Shown here one piece after another: positions 36,623 to 46,214 of a stretch of 64,000 bases of DNA (position 1 is the first letter of the stretch; every line of letters starts with the position of its first letter). The stretch is from Patescibacteria group bacterium (GTDB lineage Bacteria > Patescibacteriota > Microgenomatia > UBA10105 > UBA927). Under the pieces are notes generated by a model. It had not been told where the DNA came from, did not search any database, and saw only the letters and a list, made by a program, of their open reading frames with translations. Both the position numbers and the translations under genes were made by a program. Where the stretch lies: the NCBI GenBank assembly GCA_018821245.1, contig JAHJMO010000002.1, positions 9,231 through 73,230 on the forward strand. The letters are read 5' to 3'.

Positions 36623-38185
36623 CTACTTCGCTACTTCTACGGCTCGAAGCTCCCTGACTACCGTGATCTTCACCTGCCCGGGATACGTAACTTTCTTTTC
36701 AATTTCTTCTTTCATCGTTTGAGCCATAACGGTTGCCTCTGAGTCACTTACTTTACCCGGATCGACGATAACACGAAGTTCTCTACCGGCTTGAAACGCA
36801 AAGGCTTCTTCTACACCAGACTGAGATTTAGCAATTGCTTCTAAATCCGACAAACGCTTCACGTACTCTTCATAATTTTCATACCTTGCCCCCGGGCGGC
36901 TGCCGGAAATTGCATCTGCAATGTAGACAAGTACCGACTCTATTGAACTAAAGGGTATATCCTCATGGTGCTGCGCTACACAATCAATCACTTTTTGCGG
37001 CATGCCGTATTTCTTCAGAGCATTAACTCCCAACTCTATGTGATTTCCCTCCTCTCCGACAATGACCTTCCCGACGTCATGAAGCAAACAGCCTAATCGT
37101 ACTACGTTGACATCGGCGCCGACTTCACCAGCGAGAGCTATTCCTATCTTCGTTTCTTCAAGCGTGTGGGCGATCATATTTTGCCCATAGGAAAATCGGT
37201 ATTTAAAGCGCCCTAAAAGTGCAACAAGCGGCGGAGGGAGATTGTATACGGAGACGGCATGACAAAGCTTCTGTCCTTCTTCAAACATGATCCTGTCAAT
37301 TTCCTTTTTCACCTGTGCTATGATATCTTCTATCCTCCCCGGCTGTACTCGTCCGTCACGCAATAACCGTTCCAGGGTGACACGGGCAATTTCACGGCGT
37401 ACAGGATCAAAACAGGAAAGACGGATAACTCCCTCTTCGTCTAAATCAACATCTACCCCGGTTGCTGTCTCAAAAGCGCGGATGTTGCGGCCTTCTTTAC
37501 CAATAATACGGCCCTTCACATCCTCATCTTTTATCTTTATCACAGAAACCGTATACTCCGCGACATAATCGGTGGCTCCATGACGCATAGCGTCAACCAA
37601 AATCTCCTGGGCTTTCTTCTCCGCTTCCTCATGTGCCTGGGCAGTCGCACGCTCTATCTCCCTGGCGATTTCTCCTGTGAGTTTTTCGTGGAGTTGCCCT
37701 AAAAGCATTGCCTTTGCTTCATCGCTGGTAAGCTTTGCCGTACGCTCAAGATTTTTCAGCTGTTCTTTTTGTATAGCTTCCAGCTTCTCAAGGATTTTCT
37801 GTTTCTCTACTTCCTGCTGTCGCAAATGTTCTTCTCGTGATTCAAGCATGCCGACTCTGCGGTCTATAAGCTCCGTCTTCTTTCGCATGTCACCTTCTGC
37901 TTCACGAAGGATCCGAAGCGCCTCGTCTTTGGCCTCTAAAATCAATTCCTTCGCTTTCGTCTCTAGAGAACGCAACTCTCCGGAAACTTCCTCCGGTGGA
38001 AAAGCTACAGACGGTTCCGCTTTGGCGACCGGATGCCCGGGAGTTTTGACCGTCTTTTGGGAAGTTACTTTCTTCGCTTGTTCCCGATGATCAACGGGAG
38101 AAAGATAGCTGTCCTGTGCCTTTGGTCCTGCGGCCGACCGCTTTATTTTCACTAAACCGGAAAGGGTTTTGAGAACGTCAAACAT
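36623..38185 (-). CDS. rny: ribonuclease Y
   Basis: N-terminal anchor plus coiled coil, a KH domain (GKEGRNIRAFE), and HD domain LLHDVGK; 520 aa. Confidence 0.88.
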   Translation of the reverse strand: MFDVLKTLSGLVKIKRSAAGPKAQDSYLSPVDHREQAKKVTSQKTVKTPGHPVAKAEPSVAFPPEEVSGELRSLETKAKELILEAKDEALRILREAEGDMRKKTELIDRRVGMLESREEHLRQQEVEKQKILEKLEAIQKEQLKNLERTAKLTSDEAKAMLLGQLHEKLTGEIAREIERATAQAHEEAEKKAQEILVDAMRHGATDYVAEYTVSVIKIKDEDVKGRIIGKEGRNIRAFETATGVDVDLDEEGVIRLSCFDPVRREIARVTLERLLRDGRVQPGRIEDIIAQVKKEIDRIMFEEGQKLCHAVSVYNLPPPLVALLGRFKYRFSYGQNMIAHTLEETKIGIALAGEVGADVNVVRLGCLLHDVGKVIVGEEGNHIELGVNALKKYGMPQKVIDCVAQHHEDIPFSSIESVLVYIADAISGSRPGARYENYEEYVKRLSDLEAIAKSQSGVEEAFAFQAGRELRVIVDPGKVSDSEATVMAQTMKEEIEKKVTYPGQVKITVVRELRAVEVAK

Positions 38186-38371
38186 ATGCGTTCAATTCTG
38201 GGGACGACAAGTAGAAAAACAGGCAAAATTCCCTTGCTTTACAAAAAAGCAGGCTTGTGTGTAGGAGGATAAAAAAACATACGTGCTGTCATATAATCCT
38301 ACGCCAATGCTTTACAAAAATATTGTATACAAGGGTGCTCTTTTTTTTCTTTTGTGCGCCCTCTGATTGCT

Positions 38372-38869
38372 TCATATATTGTAGTCTTTTTCAATAATTT
38401 CGTCAACGACACCATCAATAATATCAAAAGAGAAGCCTCGACGCGCCAAATAGTCGCGCAGTTTGTTTTTTTGAGACATTTTCGGCATATGCCGATATGC
38501 GGATATTCTCTTGTCCGCAAGCCGCCGGGCCGCCTGTCGTTCATCCCCGACACTTCCCTCAAGTAACGAAGTGATAAGATTCCGACTGATACCTTTCTCC
38601 TGAAGCTCGTGCTGGATACTGTAGCTTCCTTTTGGCTTAGCTCCATACCTTTGCTTTATCCACCACTCGGCAAACTCGCCATCGTTGATATATCCCAGCT
38701 CCTCAAGACGAACAATAACAGTTTCAAGAAGGTTTTCGTCCTCTACGCGACATTTTTGAAGTTTTTTGCGCAATTTATCTTCTAACTCTTTCTTACTCCT
38801 GGGACGCAACGAAAGCAAACGAAATGCTGTATCAAGAAGAATCTGATATGTTTCCCGATCTTCCGGCAT
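38372..38869 (-). CDS. recX: recombination regulator RecX
   Basis: Three-helical-repeat RecX pattern, immediately downstream of recA. Confidence 0.75.
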   Translation of the reverse strand: MPEDRETYQILLDTAFRLLSLRPRSKKELEDKLRKKLQKCRVEDENLLETVIVRLEELGYINDGEFAEWWIKQRYGAKPKGSYSIQHELQEKGISRNLITSLLEGSVGDERQAARRLADKRISAYRHMPKMSQKNKLRDYLARRGFSFDIIDGVVDEIIEKDYNI

Positions 38870-38887
38870 GGTTGAATGAGGATATTG

Positions 38888-39925
38888 CTACTCTCGGTTA
38901 GAGGCGCCCTTCGTCAGCTTTGCTTGCGCCTGGCCGGAGCGTACGGCTTTCCAGATGGACTCCTTAATTTCTTTTTCCAATTTCGCGTTCTCCCGAAGAT
39001 ACATCTTTGCCGCCTCCCGACCCTGCCCGAGCATTTGTTGCCCGTATTTCAAGAAAGCACCGGATTTCGTCAATAACCCAAACTCAAGCCCCACATCTAT
39101 AAGCCCGCCCTCTTTCGAAATCCCATCGTGCATAACATCAAATTCTGCAATACGAAACGGAGGGGCGACTTTGTTTTTCACCACCCTGATCCTGTGGCGG
39201 CTTCCTATGAAGCGATCTCCGTCTTTGAGCGTCTCGATTTTCCGGGAATCCATGCGGATACTTGCGTAAAACTTAAGCGCCAGGCCTCCCGGCGTAGTCT
39301 CGGGATTGCCGAACATGACGCCGATTTTCTGACGCAATTGGTTAGTGAACATAACAACTGTCTTTGATTTAGAAATGACTGCGGTAAGTTTGCGCAAGGC
39401 CTGCGACATAAGCCGCGCCTGAACACCGATGATACTATCCCCCATCTCTCCCTCTATTTCTGCCCGCGGTACCAAGGCGGCAACGGAGTCGATGACGATG
39501 ACATCCACTCCTCCGCTTCTGATCAATGTTTCAGCAATCTCCAATGCCTGCTCTCCTGTATCCGGCTGAGAAATGAGAAGATCATCGAGCTTGACTCCTA
39601 ACACCTGCGCCCATGAAGGATCAAGAGCATGCTCCGCATCAATGAAGGCGGCTATCCCTCCAGTCTTTTGTGCTTCCGCAATAACGGAGAGACATACCGT
39701 CGTTTTCCCCGACGCTTCGGGGCCGTAAATTTCCACGACCCTCCCGCACGGAATTCCTCCAACTCCCAACGCCAAATCCAAGGGGAGAATCCCTGAAGAT
39801 ATCACATCGATGGATGTTTTGCCGGAGATTTTTTCTCCAAGCTTCATGATCGCCCCTTTTCCATACTGCTTCTCGATTTGCTCCATCGCAATTCTGATGG
39901 CTGATAATTTTGCGTCTTGCGACAT
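38888..39925 (-). CDS. recA: recombinase RecA
   Basis: GPEASGKTT Walker A, L1/L2 loops, ~345 aa from [31 protein letters not shown]. The ORF-track extension to 40222 runs across tRNA-Pro and is an artefact. Confidence 0.92.
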   Translation of the reverse strand: MSQDAKLSAIRIAMEQIEKQYGKGAIMKLGEKISGKTSIDVISSGILPLDLALGVGGIPCGRVVEIYGPEASGKTTVCLSVIAEAQKTGGIAAFIDAEHALDPSWAQVLGVKLDDLLISQPDTGEQALEIAETLIRSGGVDVIVIDSVAALVPRAEIEGEMGDSIIGVQARLMSQALRKLTAVISKSKTVVMFTNQLRQKIGVMFGNPETTPGGLALKFYASIRMDSRKIETLKDGDRFIGSRHRIRVVKNKVAPPFRIAEFDVMHDGISKEGGLIDVGLEFGLLTKSGAFLKYGQQMLGQGREAAKMYLRENAKLEKEIKESIWKAVRSGQAQAKLTKGASNRE

Positions 39926-40006
39926 ATGGGTCTCCTTTCGATGGGCATTAAAATTCATCCCATTCTTACACAAAAAATGGTAGAATACAAGGGAGAAGCT
40001 TAGTTG

Positions 40007-40083
40007 CGGGGTGTGGCGCAATTGGCTAGCGCATTCGCATGGGGTGCGAAAGGTTGCTCGTTCAAGTCGAGTCACCCCGACCA
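40007..40083 (+). tRNA. tRNA-Pro (anticodon GGG), CCA encoded
   Basis: Hand-folded cloverleaf: acceptor CGGGGTG/CACCCCG, D-arm GCGC-AATTGGCTA-GCGC, anticodon arm TTCGC-ATGGGGT-GCGAA, T-arm GCTCG-TTCAAGT-CGAGT, discriminator A plus CCA. Confidence 0.8.
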
Positions 40084-40135
40084 ACTTTCCAGTGTAAAGG
40101 CTTAAAGGTTGCTCGTTTCCCGCAAAGCGGGACAA
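40066..40135. repeat. direct repeat DR1: tRNA-Pro 3' end plus ~50 nt of downstream sequence
   Basis: gtcgagtcaccccgacca-actttccagtgtaaaggcttaaaggttgctcgtttcccgcaaagc is repeated at 40204-40273 at roughly 85-90% identity. Confidence 0.75.
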
Positions 40136-40203
40136 GTTTACCCCGTATAGGCGCTCTTCCGAGGCCCCGCTAAGCGGGGCGAGGAAGTAAGGTTTATACT
40201 GGG

Positions 40204-40273
40204 GTCGAGTCACCCCGACCAAGTTTCCGGTGTAAAGGTTTAGAGGTTGCTCGTTTCCCGCTAAGCAAGATCC
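40204..40273. repeat. direct repeat DR2 (second copy of the tRNA-Pro 3'-end segment)
   Basis: gtcgagtcaccccgacca-agtttccggtgtaaaggtttagaggttgctcgtttcccgctaagc. Confidence 0.75.
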
Positions 40274-40570
40274 ACGATACCGAGGTGCAAAACTAGTCCA
40301 TTCCTTTCACCCTCAAATTATGTACTTTTACACCTGCGGCCGCATGTCTGATTTTACATATTGCACATTAAAGACTTGCCCTATTGCCTTATATCGGGCC
40401 TATATCGACCATATCTGCACAATTCATCCGATCCGCATAATTCCCGAGGCGCAAAGCTAACCCATACCTAAAATATCATTCGCATAATATGCACGCTTAA
40501 CAAAAATTGTGGGAAGGAAGATGTTAGAAGCTAGTTAATCCGGGAGTGATTAGTTTGGGTCGAGAAATAA

Positions 40571-41239
40571 TTAATATTTGCAGGTGGCGGCGCGGGTGAA
40601 GCCGGCGGCAAGAGCTTCTTTTTCCGTACAAAACCATTGTTCGCCTATGTCCTCTTCCACAATGGTAAACGCATACTGAGCGCAGCCCGAAATATAATAA
40701 AGGTGCGTATCTGTGGATTTATCGATATTGCCTTTGATCAAACACTTCGGATTTTTGCTGTTGGTCGTTGACTGGCAGGCACCGTAAATACCACGCTTCT
40801 CCTGACGGGCCAGATCACTTGCTGCTTTTACTTCTTCCGTTACGGCAGAATTGTCATGATGATACCGGACCCAGCCGGAAGCTAACATTTCTTTGTTGAT
40901 AAGCGTACTTCCAACATACACCAGCGCCATGCCCCTGCCGTACGTATCCGGTATGGTTTCTTCGATGCGGACGGATTTCCCCATCACAAGATTTTCTAAC
41001 TCCCTGGTAGCCTGATCATACCCACACAAACCCTTTTCCGGCGCATCCACGTACCGCAGGCGCACACGGGACTTGCCTTCAAGAACGACTGTGTCGCCGT
41101 CTATCACACCGATAACAACTACTCCAGAGTTTGAAGAAAGTCGTGCTTGATATAACAAAACGAAATTCAAAATAATCGAGGGGATAAGAAAAAGAATGGG
41201 AAGATATTTGGATATGTGCAACTTCCTGAAGCTTGCCAT
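40571..41239 (-). CDS. thermonuclease (SNase-like) with membrane anchor and Cys-rich C-terminal domain
   Basis: GVIDGDTVVL....VRLRYVDAPE matches the staphylococcal nuclease active-site region. N-terminal TM helix; six Cys in the C-terminal 80 aa. Confidence 0.65.
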   Translation of the reverse strand: MASFRKLHISKYLPILFLIPSIILNFVLLYQARLSSNSGVVVIGVIDGDTVVLEGKSRVRLRYVDAPEKGLCGYDQATRELENLVMGKSVRIEETIPDTYGRGMALVYVGSTLINKEMLASGWVRYHHDNSAVTEEVKAASDLARQEKRGIYGACQSTTNSKNPKCLIKGNIDKSTDTHLYYISGCAQYAFTIVEEDIGEQWFCTEKEALAAGFTRAATCKY

Positions 41240-41265
41240 ATCTCCATTATAGAGGATTTTTGAAA

Positions 41266-41739
41266 TTACCGTTTCGGACTTTGTTTGCGCGCTCTTGCTT
41301 TCCCGGCGAAACCGGCTTTGCGGCGCTCTTTGATACGCGAGTCACGGGTCAGAAATCCGCGCTTTTTCAATATTGGACGGAATCTTTCTTTGTCTACCTT
41401 TTCCAAAGCCCGCGATATTCCCAATACGACAGCGCCAAGCTGTCCCACAAGACCGCCGCCATTTGTTTTTATGCTTACCGTAAATCGACCAAGCGTATTG
41501 GTGGTTCTGAATGGCTCCTGGTATATCTTCTTATATACCTCACCGGGAAAATATTGCGCCATATCCTTCCCATTGGCAACCATATCGCCTTTCGACAGCG
41601 TTGCTTCACCGATTGTTGCCGGTTTATCCGAAACAACATACAGCCTGACCCTCGCGCTTGACTCCTTGCGCCTGCCAACAGCCTCGTAATACGAAACTGG
41701 TGCTTTTGTTGTTTTTTTTATAGATTTTTTTTCAATCAT
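41266..41739 (-). CDS. rpsI: 30S ribosomal protein S9 (with N-terminal extension)
   Basis: C-terminal ...RKAGFAGKARARKQSPKR and the GGG.G.Q.GA motif. Confidence 0.88.
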   Translation of the reverse strand: MIEKKSIKKTTKAPVSYYEAVGRRKESSARVRLYVVSDKPATIGEATLSKGDMVANGKDMAQYFPGEVYKKIYQEPFRTTNTLGRFTVSIKTNGGGLVGQLGAVVLGISRALEKVDKERFRPILKKRGFLTRDSRIKERRKAGFAGKARARKQSPKR

Positions 41740-42158
41740 ACGTTAAATTTATTTTTATAAGGATGTTCTGCTTCGGGATAAACATACAACCTGGTAATAA
41801 ATCTGTCCCTCAATTTATTTTTCGGAAGCATACCGTACACTGAGTGTCTCACTACTTCTTCCGGCTTCTCCTGACGCATCTGCCAAAGCGCTTTCTGTTT
41901 GAGCCCTCCCGGGTGTCCTGAATAAACCCCATACATCTTCTGTTTTTCTTTTTTTCCGGTTGTTACTATGTGGCGCGCATTTATCACAACGACATGATCG
42001 CCGCAATCCAAATGCCGGACAAAATACGGCTTGGCTTTACCTGTTAGTTTATGCGCAATTTCCGTCGCTGCCCTCCCTAATATTTTGCCGTCTACATTTA
42101 CAATGTGCCATATACGCACTATCTGTGATTGTTTCGTGGATTTTGTCTGATCTTCCAT
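41736..42158 (-). CDS. rplM: 50S ribosomal protein L13
   Basis: WHIVNVDGKILGRAATEIAHKLTGK...YSGHPGG. Confidence 0.9.
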   Translation of the reverse strand: MEDQTKSTKQSQIVRIWHIVNVDGKILGRAATEIAHKLTGKAKPYFVRHLDCGDHVVVINARHIVTTGKKEKQKMYGVYSGHPGGLKQKALWQMRQEKPEEVVRHSVYGMLPKNKLRDRFITRLYVYPEAEHPYKNKFNV

Positions 42159-42161
42159 ATA

Positions 42162-42584
42162 TTATTTTTTCTTCACTGATATTTTGGGCTGCTTCTCTTC
42201 CTGCTTTTGCGTGACGGGAGGAGGTGGTGCCTCATCAACAAAGGAAAAGAGAACCGTCTCCGCCGCGTCTCCTTTGCGCCGGCCTAATTTTATTATTCTC
42301 GTGTATCCGCTTGTCCGGGAGACAAAGCGTGTTTTGGACAACAGCATAAGCTGTTTTATGCTTTGTGTGTCGGACAAAACCCGTTTTATCTTTTGTCTTC
42401 CGCCGGACGCACTACCTTTGGCTTGAGTGATGAGGTGCTCAATCATTGGTTGCACTGCTTTGGCTTTGGCTAACGTTGTCTTGACAAATCCATGACGCAT
42501 GAGGTCTTTTACAAGACCCATGAATAATCTGCGTCTTTCGTTTTTCGTCCGTGATAATTTTCTACCGAATACGTTGTGCCTCAT
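42162..42584 (-). CDS. rplQ: 50S ribosomal protein L17
   Basis: MRHNVFGRKLSRT..ERR.L.....L..HG.I.TT..KAK. Confidence 0.9.
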   Translation of the reverse strand: MRHNVFGRKLSRTKNERRRLFMGLVKDLMRHGFVKTTLAKAKAVQPMIEHLITQAKGSASGGRQKIKRVLSDTQSIKQLMLLSKTRFVSRTSGYTRIIKLGRRKGDAAETVLFSFVDEAPPPPVTQKQEEKQPKISVKKK

Positions 42585-43501
42585 ACCGTCAGAGCTACTC
42601 CCTTTTCCCTCAATTTTTCTTCCGCTACTGCCAGCGACTTCGTCCCGAGATTCTTAATTTTCATAAGTCCCGTGCGCGGCGTCCCCAAGAGTTGCCCGAT
42701 AGTCTCTATCCCACCCTTTGCCAATGCGTTCACAATTCGGGTGGGAATATCCAGCTCCTCTATCCGCATTTTCAAGACTTCGTCAGAAATGGCCGGCGCT
42801 TCCGCAATTCCCTCATCAACGCTTTTTGCCTTGGGTTCAACAATCTGCAAAAAGTACGATATTAAAATCTTTGCGCTTCGCTTCAACGCCTCCAAAGGTG
42901 CAATCGTCGCATCTGTCCATATCTCAAGTACCAATCGATCCAGGTTTGTCATACGGCCAACACGGGTAGATTCAATACGATAATTTACGCGCACAACCGG
43001 TGAAAAAAGCGCATCCATCGGAATTCTCCCGACTTCTCCAAACTTCTTTTCATCAGCCTGTACGTACCCGTATCCCTTATCTACTGTACATGTCATTTCT
43101 ATCGCTGACTTTTTATCAGCCAATGTACCTAACACGAGATCAGGATTTGTAATCGTAACTCCAGCCGACACCTGTATATCCCCGGCGACAATTTGACATG
43201 GTCCTTTTTGGGATAGAGTTAACGTCGCGCTCTCAACATCTTCAAGGATAAGCCTCACTTTCTTGAGATTCATAATGAACTCTACAATATCCTCTTTCAA
43301 ACCCGCTATTGTGGAAAATTGATGCTGTACTCCTTCTATTTTTACAGAAGTAAGCGCTGCACCCGGAAGAGAAGACAACAGCACGCGGCGCAAGCTGTTG
43401 CCGAGGGTATGCCCATATCCCTGCTCCAACGGCTCTATGACAAACATACCGTATCCTGGTTTTTCTACTTCGGTTTTTATTTGAAAATTTGGATCAATCA
43501 T
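42581..43501 (-). CDS. rpoA: DNA-directed RNA polymerase subunit alpha
   Basis: N-terminal dimerisation domain (GYG.T.GN.LRR.LLSS) and C-terminal domain; 306 aa. Confidence 0.92.
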   Translation of the reverse strand: MIDPNFQIKTEVEKPGYGMFVIEPLEQGYGHTLGNSLRRVLLSSLPGAALTSVKIEGVQHQFSTIAGLKEDIVEFIMNLKKVRLILEDVESATLTLSQKGPCQIVAGDIQVSAGVTITNPDLVLGTLADKKSAIEMTCTVDKGYGYVQADEKKFGEVGRIPMDALFSPVVRVNYRIESTRVGRMTNLDRLVLEIWTDATIAPLEALKRSAKILISYFLQIVEPKAKSVDEGIAEAPAISDEVLKMRIEELDIPTRIVNALAKGGIETIGQLLGTPRTGLMKIKNLGTKSLAVAEEKLREKGVALTV

Positions 43502-43516
43502 ACTGCCTCCTTTTCT

Positions 43517-44140
43517 CTAACGAGAATAATATTCTACGATAAGCTGTTCATGTATGTCTTCCTGTATGTCCGAGCGCTGAGGCAAACGCACTACTCGGCC
43601 TGCAGGGCCCTTGCGCTCTATCCATTCCGGTACCGAAGGCTTGTCCTCTTGTAACAACTTTTTCACTGCCGGTATTTCCATTCCTTTTGACTTCAGCGTG
43701 ATGACGCAACCAGCATCAACCAGAAGTGACGGTATAGTTATTTTTTTGCCGTCAGCCATAACGTGACCGTGAGACACTAATTGACGGGCGCTTGCTCGTG
43801 TCGGAGCAAGTTCCATGCGATAGACGGTGTTATCGATTCTGCGTTCAAGAAATTGCAGGAGCATGTCTCCGGTATTCCCTTTCCATTTTTTTGCGTGTAC
43901 TACATATTTACGGAATTGGCGCTCCAAAACTCCATAAATCCTTTTCACTTTTTGCTTCTCCCTAAGCTGCTCTCCAAATCCTGATACCTTCCTGCGCCTG
44001 CCTTTGGGCCCATGCATCCCGGGCGGCACATTCAGTCTTCGCAGAAGACTGGCATGCGCTCGCGATCCAACGGTTTTTAAGCCGAGATCGATACCCTCTC
44101 TTCTGGCGATTCTATTTTTTGGTCCTGTATAACGAGCCAT
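43517..44140 (-). CDS. rpsD: 30S ribosomal protein S4
   Basis: MARYTGPKNRIARREG... and the S4 domain; start at the internal ATG. Confidence 0.9.
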   Translation of the reverse strand: MARYTGPKNRIARREGIDLGLKTVGSRAHASLLRRLNVPPGMHGPKGRRRKVSGFGEQLREKQKVKRIYGVLERQFRKYVVHAKKWKGNTGDMLLQFLERRIDNTVYRMELAPTRASARQLVSHGHVMADGKKITIPSLLVDAGCVITLKSKGMEIPAVKKLLQEDKPSVPEWIERKGPAGRVVRLPQRSDIQEDIHEQLIVEYYSR

Positions 44141-44141
44141 A

Positions 44142-44513
44142 TTAAACCCTTCTTTTTTTCTTGGGACGGACTCCATTGTGCGGAATCGGCGTCACGTCTG
44201 CAATAAGAGTAATACCAAGGCCGACGGATTTTAATGCACGCAAAGCCGCGTCTCTTCCTGCTCCGGGTCCTTTTATGTATACTTCAACCTGTCTCATGCC
44301 GGCAGCTTGCGCTTTGCGTGCTACAGTTTCTGCCGCGGTTGTTGCGGCATATGGAGTGGATTTTCTGGCACCTTTAAACCCGACAAGGCCGCAGGACGCC
44401 CAATAAAGAGTATTCCCCTCCTCGTCCGTAATGGTTACCAGCGTGTTATTGAAGGTGGCGGTAATATACACCCTTCCTTTTTCTACAAACCGTTTTATTT
44501 TTTTTGCAGCCAT
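44142..44513 (-). CDS. rpsK: 30S ribosomal protein S11
   Basis: ...[34 protein letters not shown]. Confidence 0.9.
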   Translation of the reverse strand: MAAKKIKRFVEKGRVYITATFNNTLVTITDEEGNTLYWASCGLVGFKGARKSTPYAATTAAETVARKAQAAGMRQVEVYIKGPGAGRDAALRALKSVGLGITLIADVTPIPHNGVRPKKKRRV

Positions 44514-44534
44514 ATGATAGTCAATATATATTTT

Positions 44535-44951
44535 TTACTCTTTTGCGGTCGATGTTTCTTTTGTCTGCTGCTTGGCTCTGTCTTCCTTCTTCAGCGCTCC
44601 TACTGTCAGACGCTTACCTCTCCTTGTACGGGCATTGGATCTTGTGCGTTGGCCCCTGACAGGCAGCTTCCGAAGGTGACGAAGCCCCCGATACGAACGA
44701 ATCTCCGTTAATCTTTTGATATTTTCTGTTACTTGACGCCTGAGATCTCCTTCTGTCACAAATTTCTTCTCAATAACTTTTGAGACTTTATTTACTTCTT
44801 CATCGGTAAGAGTGTTTACCCGTCTCCCGCCGTCTATACCTGCCTCTTTTAGTATGAACGGCACGCTTGACCTTCCTATGCCATAAACGTAGGTAAGAGC
44901 TATATCTAACCGCTTCTCGCTTGGTATGTCTACTCCGACGATACGAACCAT
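44535..44951 (-). CDS. rpsM: 30S ribosomal protein S13
   Basis: [23 protein letters not shown]. Confidence 0.9.
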   Translation of the reverse strand: MVRIVGVDIPSEKRLDIALTYVYGIGRSSVPFILKEAGIDGGRRVNTLTDEEVNKVSKVIEKKFVTEGDLRRQVTENIKRLTEIRSYRGLRHLRKLPVRGQRTRSNARTRRGKRLTVGALKKEDRAKQQTKETSTAKE

Positions 44952-44954
44952 ATG

Positions 44955-44970
44955 ATTAGTTATTAGTTAT
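44955..44970. repeat. ATTAGTT heptamer x2.3 between rpmJ stop and rpsM start
   Basis: attagttattagttat spans nearly the entire rpmJ-rpsM spacer and includes the rpmJ stop. Same family as 6301-6345 and 18041-18072. Confidence 0.6.
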
Positions 44971-45080
44971 CCTTGTCTTTGTTTGTGTTTCGGATTCTCA
45001 CAAACAACGCACACCCGTCCGCGCCTGCGGACTATTTTACATTTTTTGCATATTTGCTTAACACTTGCCCGCACTTTCAT
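44967..45080 (-). CDS. rpmJ: 50S ribosomal protein L36
   Basis: Hand translation [37 protein letters not shown] (37 aa, C-x2-C...C-x2-H-like zinc ribbon). Not in the ORF track because it is under 60 aa. Confidence 0.85.
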   Translation of the reverse strand: MKVRASVKQICKKCKIVRRRGRVCVVCENPKHKQRQG

Positions 45081-45084
45081 ATAT

Positions 45085-45303
45085 CTATTTCACCCTATAC
45101 GTGATCCTTCCTTTTGTAGCATCATACGGCGACATTTCTAATTGCACCTGGTCTCCCGGCATAATACGGATAAAATGCAAACGCATTTTTCCGGATAAAT
45201 GACACAAAACTATCCTCCCGTTTGAAAGCTTCACCCGAAATAATGTATTAGGCAGACATTCAACTACCTGACCTTCAACTTCTATGTTTCCCTGGTGCGT
45301 CAT
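45085..45303 (-). CDS. infA: translation initiation factor IF-1
   Basis: 72 aa S1-like OB fold ...[27 protein letters not shown]. Confidence 0.9.
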   Translation of the reverse strand: MTHQGNIEVEGQVVECLPNTLFRVKLSNGRIVLCHLSGKMRLHFIRIMPGDQVQLEMSPYDATKGRITYRVK

Positions 45304-45425
45304 ACTATCGTTAACAAATCATCAGCTTTCAGGCAAGCCATACCACGAAAAAACAACGGGGCACATCCTTGATCGCCGATTGGCGAATCGGGACCCCCGG
45401 TGTTACGTTTGCCTATTGTAGCGTA

Positions 45426-46214
45426 TTACGATCGTTTGGTCAATATAATCGAGTTTCTACCGTTTACTGCTATTGTATGCTCAAAAACCGCTGACGGTGA
45501 TCTATCCTTTGTCGTAATTGACCACCCATCTTTGTTCTCATATATTACAGATGGTTTCCCCAGAGCGTAGATGACTTCTATGGCCAATGTCATTCCTTCC
45601 AAAAGAACCGGCGTTGACTCAATTGGACCTTTCATAACCCCGGGTATCTGCGGATCTTCATGAAGGACTCTGCCGATGCCGTGTCCAACGAGCGTCCTGA
45701 CGACGCTATACCCTGATGATTCGATAGTCGATTGAATAGCACTTGAAATATGCCCAACTCTGCTTCCGGCTCTGGCTGAACTGATTGCTTTAGCAAGCGC
45801 CTCTTCACCGACCTGCAGGAATCGTACTTTTTCGTCTCTTTCCCGATTCCCGATTCCCGATTCCCGATTCCCGATTATCTTTGTCCACGCAGTATCTGTG
45901 TGGAACCCCCCATACAGCATCCCGATGTCTATCGTCAGAATATCTCCGTCTTTGGGGACGTACTCACTCGGCACGCCGTGCACTACTACATCATTGACGC
46001 ATAAACAGGTCGCCCAACGATATCCTGAAACAGTCTGAAATGAAGGAGTCCCGCCGGATTCTTTGATCAACTTCTGTGCCTCTTGTTCAATATGATTAAG
46101 CGTAACACCCACGGACGCAATGTCCGATAGATGGGTAAGAATAGAGCCGAGTTTGCGGCCGCCCTCTGCCATCACGGCGATTTCGCTCTCAGTCTTTATT
46201 TGAATCATAAACAC
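45426..46214 (-). CDS. map: type I methionine aminopeptidase (with short insertion encoded by a heptanucleotide repeat)
   Basis: Pita-bread metal ligands (D..D...H..E..E pattern; FHTDTAW, HGIG), 262 aa. Confidence 0.88.
   Translation of the reverse strand: MFMIQIKTESEIAVMAEGGRKLGSILTHLSDIASVGVTLNHIEQEAQKLIKESGGTPSFQTVSGYRWATCLCVNDVVVHGVPSEYVPKDGDILTIDIGMLYGGFHTDTAWTKIIGNRESGIGNRERDEKVRFLQVGEEALAKAISSARAGSRVGHISSAIQSTIESSGYSVVRTLVGHGIGRVLHEDPQIPGVMKGPIESTPVLLEGMTLAIEVIYALGKPSVIYENKDGWSITTKDRSPSAVFEHTIAVNGRNSIILTKRS
45840..45874. repeat. (TTCCCGA)x5 heptanucleotide tandem repeat inside the map coding sequence
   Basis: ttcccgattcccgattcccgattcccgattcccga encodes GNRESGIGNRE on the minus strand. 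Confidence 0.8.

Noticed and set aside
39966-39990. Promoter upstream of tRNA-Pro (TTACAC ... TAGAAT)
   Set aside because: -35/-10 spacing is only ~9 nt, which is incompatible with a sigma70-type promoter. Not reported as a feature.
38888-40222. 444-aa RecA ORF from the six-frame track
   Set aside because: The N-terminal ~100 codons are non-RecA sequence that runs through tRNA-Pro (40007-40083) and its repeats on the opposite strand. Canonical RecA begins at MSQDAKL (39925), so the long form was shortened.
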